Assembly: GCF_009914755.1 (NCBI RefSeq)
Contig: NC_060938.1
Origin: the human T2T-CHM13v2.0 reference genome, Homo sapiens
Direction: 5' to 3' (one strand)
DNA length: 64,000 nucleotides
Numbering within the stretch: position 1 is the first letter of the stretch; every line of letters begins with the position of its first letter. The translations under genes and the position numbers were made by a program. Under the pieces are notes generated by a model. It was not told the DNA's origin and ran no database searches. It saw only the letters and a program-made list of their open reading frames with translations. This document shows, one piece after another, positions 58,203 through 64,000 of this stretch.

Positions 58203-58850
58203 TTTTTAAATTTTTATTTTAAGTTCAGGGGTACATGCAGATTTATTACATATGTAAACTTGTGTCATGGGGGTTTGTTGTACATCACGCAGGTATTAAG
58301 CCTAGTACCCATTCATTATTTTTCCTGATCCTCTCCCTCCTCACACCCTCTACCCTTCAACAGGCCCCAGTGTATGTTGTTCCCTCTCCCATGCATGTGT
58401 CCATGTGTTCTCATTATTTAGCTCCCACTTATAAGTGAGACCATGCAGTATTTTGTTTTCTGTTCCTGTGTTAGTTTGCTAAAGATAATGGCCTCTAGCT
58501 CCATCCATGTCCCTGTAGAAGACACGATCTCGCTCTTTTTATGGCTGCATAGTATTCCATGGTGTATGTGCGACACATTTTCTTTATCAAATCTATCATT
58601 AATGGGCATTTAGATTGATTCTATGTCTTTGCTATTGTGAATAGTGCCATAATCAACATACTCATTGTTATGTCTTCATAATAGAATGATTTATATTCCT
58701 TTGGGCATATACGCAGTAATGAAATGACTGTGTTGAGTGGTATTTGTGTTTTTAGGTCTTTGTGGAATCACCACACTATCTTGCACAATGGTTGAACTAA
58801 TTTTCACTCCTACCAGCAGTGTATAAGCATTGTTTTTCTCATGGCATCTT
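58203..58850 (-). mobile_element. L1PA13-like 3' end
   Basis: ttttaagttcaggggtacatgcag...gctcccacttataagtgaga; ORF2 C-terminal peptide (58418-58609). Confidence 0.85.
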
Positions 58851-59664
58851 TTTAATATTTTTTTCTGGAATATTAGTGTTAATTTTCCCATGATAAATAA
58901 ATGCCTTGTATATGAGGATAATCTTTTACAGATATTTGAATGTCTCTACTTTTCCAATTCTCATATTCATTCTCAACCCAGAAAACTGGTATATACATAG
59001 TAAATGTTAACTAGCTGCTGACCGATTTCTGGAAGTTGTATGCTTAGCCAGGCATAACCACAAAATATCTTCAGCAGAAAGCAGAATTCTGTCTACCTAG
59101 TTACAGGTCACTACAACTAAAATCATTCCATACAGTTTTGCCCACATTTTGCATTTTTCCTTCTTGACATCTTCACTAGGACCCAGTTAAATCATAAGGA
59201 AAATTGAATTTTTCTTTGCAAATGTTTAGAGAATGTTCTTTCAAATGTGACCTGGAGAACAAAAAAAAAGCATACTTGATAAGTACAGGTAATCTAATAA
59301 TTTTTTGTAATTTTTTATTTTGAAATAATTTCAGATTTACAGAAAAGTTGCAAGAACTTCCATATTCCCTTTATCCAGATCCCAAACTGTTAACATTTTA
59401 CCACAATTGTTTTATTTTTTCCTTTCAGCCCTTCTGTTGCTCTGTCTTTCTCTACATATATACCTTTTGAGAGCACATTACAGATACCTTGCTCTTCACC
59501 CTTAAGTGCTTCTGGTGTGTCTTTTCTAGATGCAAGACTTGAAAGATAGTGCAGTGCTATGTTGCCTTACTAATCAGGATATGGATTTTGAGATTTTTTT
59601 CAGTGGCCTTGGGAAACATTGAAGGTGCTTAAACGAAGTGAGATGTTTAAGATGAAAATTTCTA

Positions 59665-59988
59665 GGCTGGGTGTGGTGGCTCACACTTGTAATCCTAGCA
59701 CCTTAGGAGGCTGAGGTGGGTGGATCACTTGAGGCCAGGAATTTGAGACAAGCCTGACCAACATGGTGAAACCCTGTCTCCACTAAAAATACAAAAATCA
59801 GCCAGGCATGGTGGCAGATGCCTGTGGTCTCAGCTACTCAGGAGACTGAGGCAGGAGGATCACTTGAACCTAGGAGTTGGAGGTTGCAGTGAGCCAAGAT
59901 CGCACCACTGCACTCCAGCCTGGGTGACAGAGCAAGACTCTGTCTCAAAAAAAAAAAAAAGAAAAAAAAAGAGAAAGAAAAAAAAAGA
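59665..59988 (+). mobile_element. Alu (S/J-like)
   Basis: Full dimer with A-rich tail. Confidence 0.9.
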
Positions 59989-60825
59989 AATCCTTCAAGG
60001 AGTAGAAAAGGACAGATAATGAGTTGTACTAAAAGACTTGCTCTTTTGTTGGGGATGAAGAAACCTTGAAGTCCAAACCCCAATTACAGCTTCTCTGCAC
60101 ACTGCTGCAGAATGGCCCTGCTATGGCTCCCTGACCAAGAGCACCTTGAGGCCTGGTGAATGTCCTATGAGAGGCAGTGCTCTTCAGTGAAACTGTTGTG
60201 ACCCAGAAGCTCTAATTGAAAGAAGAGAGAGAAAGATCACTAAGGAGGCCATGGTTGTCCTGGGGAGAGAGTGATACCCGTTGAAATTCCACAGCCCCCT
60301 TGCCTAAGGTCCATTACTCCCCCAGCCAGTCTACCCTTTCTCGTGGGAATGGGTGATCTGTCCTTAGAACCCACAATTGACATCAACTTATCAGAAGGCA
60401 AAATTAAACTCCTGCAATACAGATGTCTTACCCTGGGTGTCCAGACAAGAATGGGGGTGAGTAAGGGAATACCCAGTAGAGAGCTGTCTCCTAGCACTGT
60501 TCTTCTGCAGGCAGTAAATGAATCCTCAAGGAGCAAAGGACAGGCTCAACTTACAGTACCTGAATTCTACGACGAATACATTTGCTCATCTCCATCCCAA
60601 CATATTTTCACACCTACTCTCCCAGCTGGTATTACAAAGACACCTGCCTCTGTCCTCGGGAAAGCCTACAAAAAGCTGACTAAGAAGCCCCCATGGAAAT
60701 TCCCTTTCCTGCTTTCAGGAAAGAAGGTAATGTAGTGCTTAGATGAGAAGACATATTAAAATATAGCTGGAAAATCTACACCTCTGGGAAAAAAAAAAGA
60801 GTCTTCTGTTAACTCTGTGACAGTT

Positions 60826-62830
<2,005 letters not shown>

Positions 62831-64000
62831 ACATAATAATATGTTAGAGCTGAATCATAGGGGGTTTTATTTGCCAATTTTAGATCTAATGCTGTCAACA
62901 GAGAAAAAAAATCAAAGCTGCTGAAAGGAGGAAGTAAAATTAACTAAGTCTTTGAGATAAAACTTCTTCCATAGTTGGAGATAGAAGGACAGCAAATGAG
63001 TTGTGCTGAAAGACCTGCACCTGCATCAGGGATGAGAAAGGCTTAGAGCCCAACTTCAGATGCAACTGCTGGGGAAGAGCTAGTGCCCTGCTCTGGCCTC
63101 TCCTGGGCCTGGCAAGTGTGCCCTGAGAAGCAACTGCTTGGGAGTCACAGACCTCAACCCCAAGCAAGAAAGGAAAAGGTCTATAAGAAAATCATGGTGG
63201 TCCTGAGAGGAGATGGATTCCTGCTGTCATTACACTGCCCTCTATGCCTGAGATCTCATCACAAATCCAGCCATCTCTTTTTTCTCAAAAAAATCAGAGG
63301 TAACTCTGTCCCCAAAACCCATAACTGACACCACTCACTAGAGGCCCAGTGAACAGCTTTCTGCATCACAGCCATAACACCCTGTGTTACTTTGGTAGAC
63401 TTTCCCTTGGATACCTGGTAGGTGCTCTGAGTGAGCTTGAAGACTGATTATATCTCATACCATCCCTGACAATTTGGAGGCTGGAAAAGATATTTTCTTC
63501 TCTACTGGAAAACAAAGGCAGGAGGCACCAAGGATCTCCAGAGAACGGAGGCCCCAGAGGAAGGAAAGAACCAGCACAGAACAGTCTCCTGACACTGTTC
63601 CTCTAGCTGGTAAATTGATCCTCACTGAGCACAGGACCAGAGCTCACTCCCTGAGGGCTCTGTTCATAATGCCTCCATCCTCCAGCAAACACCAAGAGAC
63701 CTTCTCCCTATTTCTGCTCCTTCATTCTTTGATGGCTAACATAGAAAAGGCTACCTCTCCTCTCCAGGACAATCAGACAGTCTCAGAGAAACTTCAGGTT
63801 TGTGATCCCCTTTTGTCCATGAAAGGAGATGATGCAATGGACAAAGTTTCCAGGATTGGTAAAGCCTAGGTTGTAATTCAAGTCCTAGGCTCCTTACTCA
63901 AATCCACTGTTTTTCTACTATGCCTGAGTTGCCTACCCCTTCTCATAAAGGGAAAAGCTGTTCTTATTTTCAAGGACTTTGCAGAAAGTAAATAGGTGTA

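Noticed and set aside
60271-60735. 154-aa ORF in unique sequence
   Set aside because: Non-ATG start, no recognisable domain, no poly(A)/TSD or splice evidence; a BLAST/PhyloCSF search would be needed to rescue it.
63474-63869. 131-aa ORF
   Set aside because: TTG start and no family resemblance; probably a chance ORF in GC-richer DNA.

Overview
Primate (almost certainly human) genomic DNA from an AT-rich, repeat-dense olfactory receptor cluster; the gene content fits chromosome 14q11.2. There is one intact single-coding-exon OR gene (OR4N5, 16526-17452 +). There are two OR pseudogenes: an OR11G-type with three frameshifts (~51980-52895 +) and a very decayed OR11-like remnant on the - strand (~56700-57790) split by an ancient ERVL LTR. 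A processed PSMB7 pseudogene (~22036-22670) and a retroposed 5S rRNA pseudogene (18864-18955 -) are also present. Most of the rest is nested L1, Alu, L2, MIR, LTR and DNA-transposon sequence, and nearly all other ORFs in the track are repeat-derived or chance ORFs. I see no new protein-coding system. The most interesting signals are unusual retrotransposition and repair structures: (1) a PSMB7 retrocopy sitting exactly at the inversion junction of a twin-primed L1; (2) an L1 plus flanking DNA plus inverted Alu inside a single TSD (3' transduction) within a THE1 LTR; (3) a tailless 67-bp internal L1 fragment with a 14-bp TSD; (4) two old L1 copies 40 kb apart sharing the same internal deletion junction; (5) a chimeric AluS/AluY; (6) several 5'-inverted L1s. 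Repeat subfamily names and gene symbols come from my recall of consensus sequences, not from a database run, and boundaries of old repeats are approximate.
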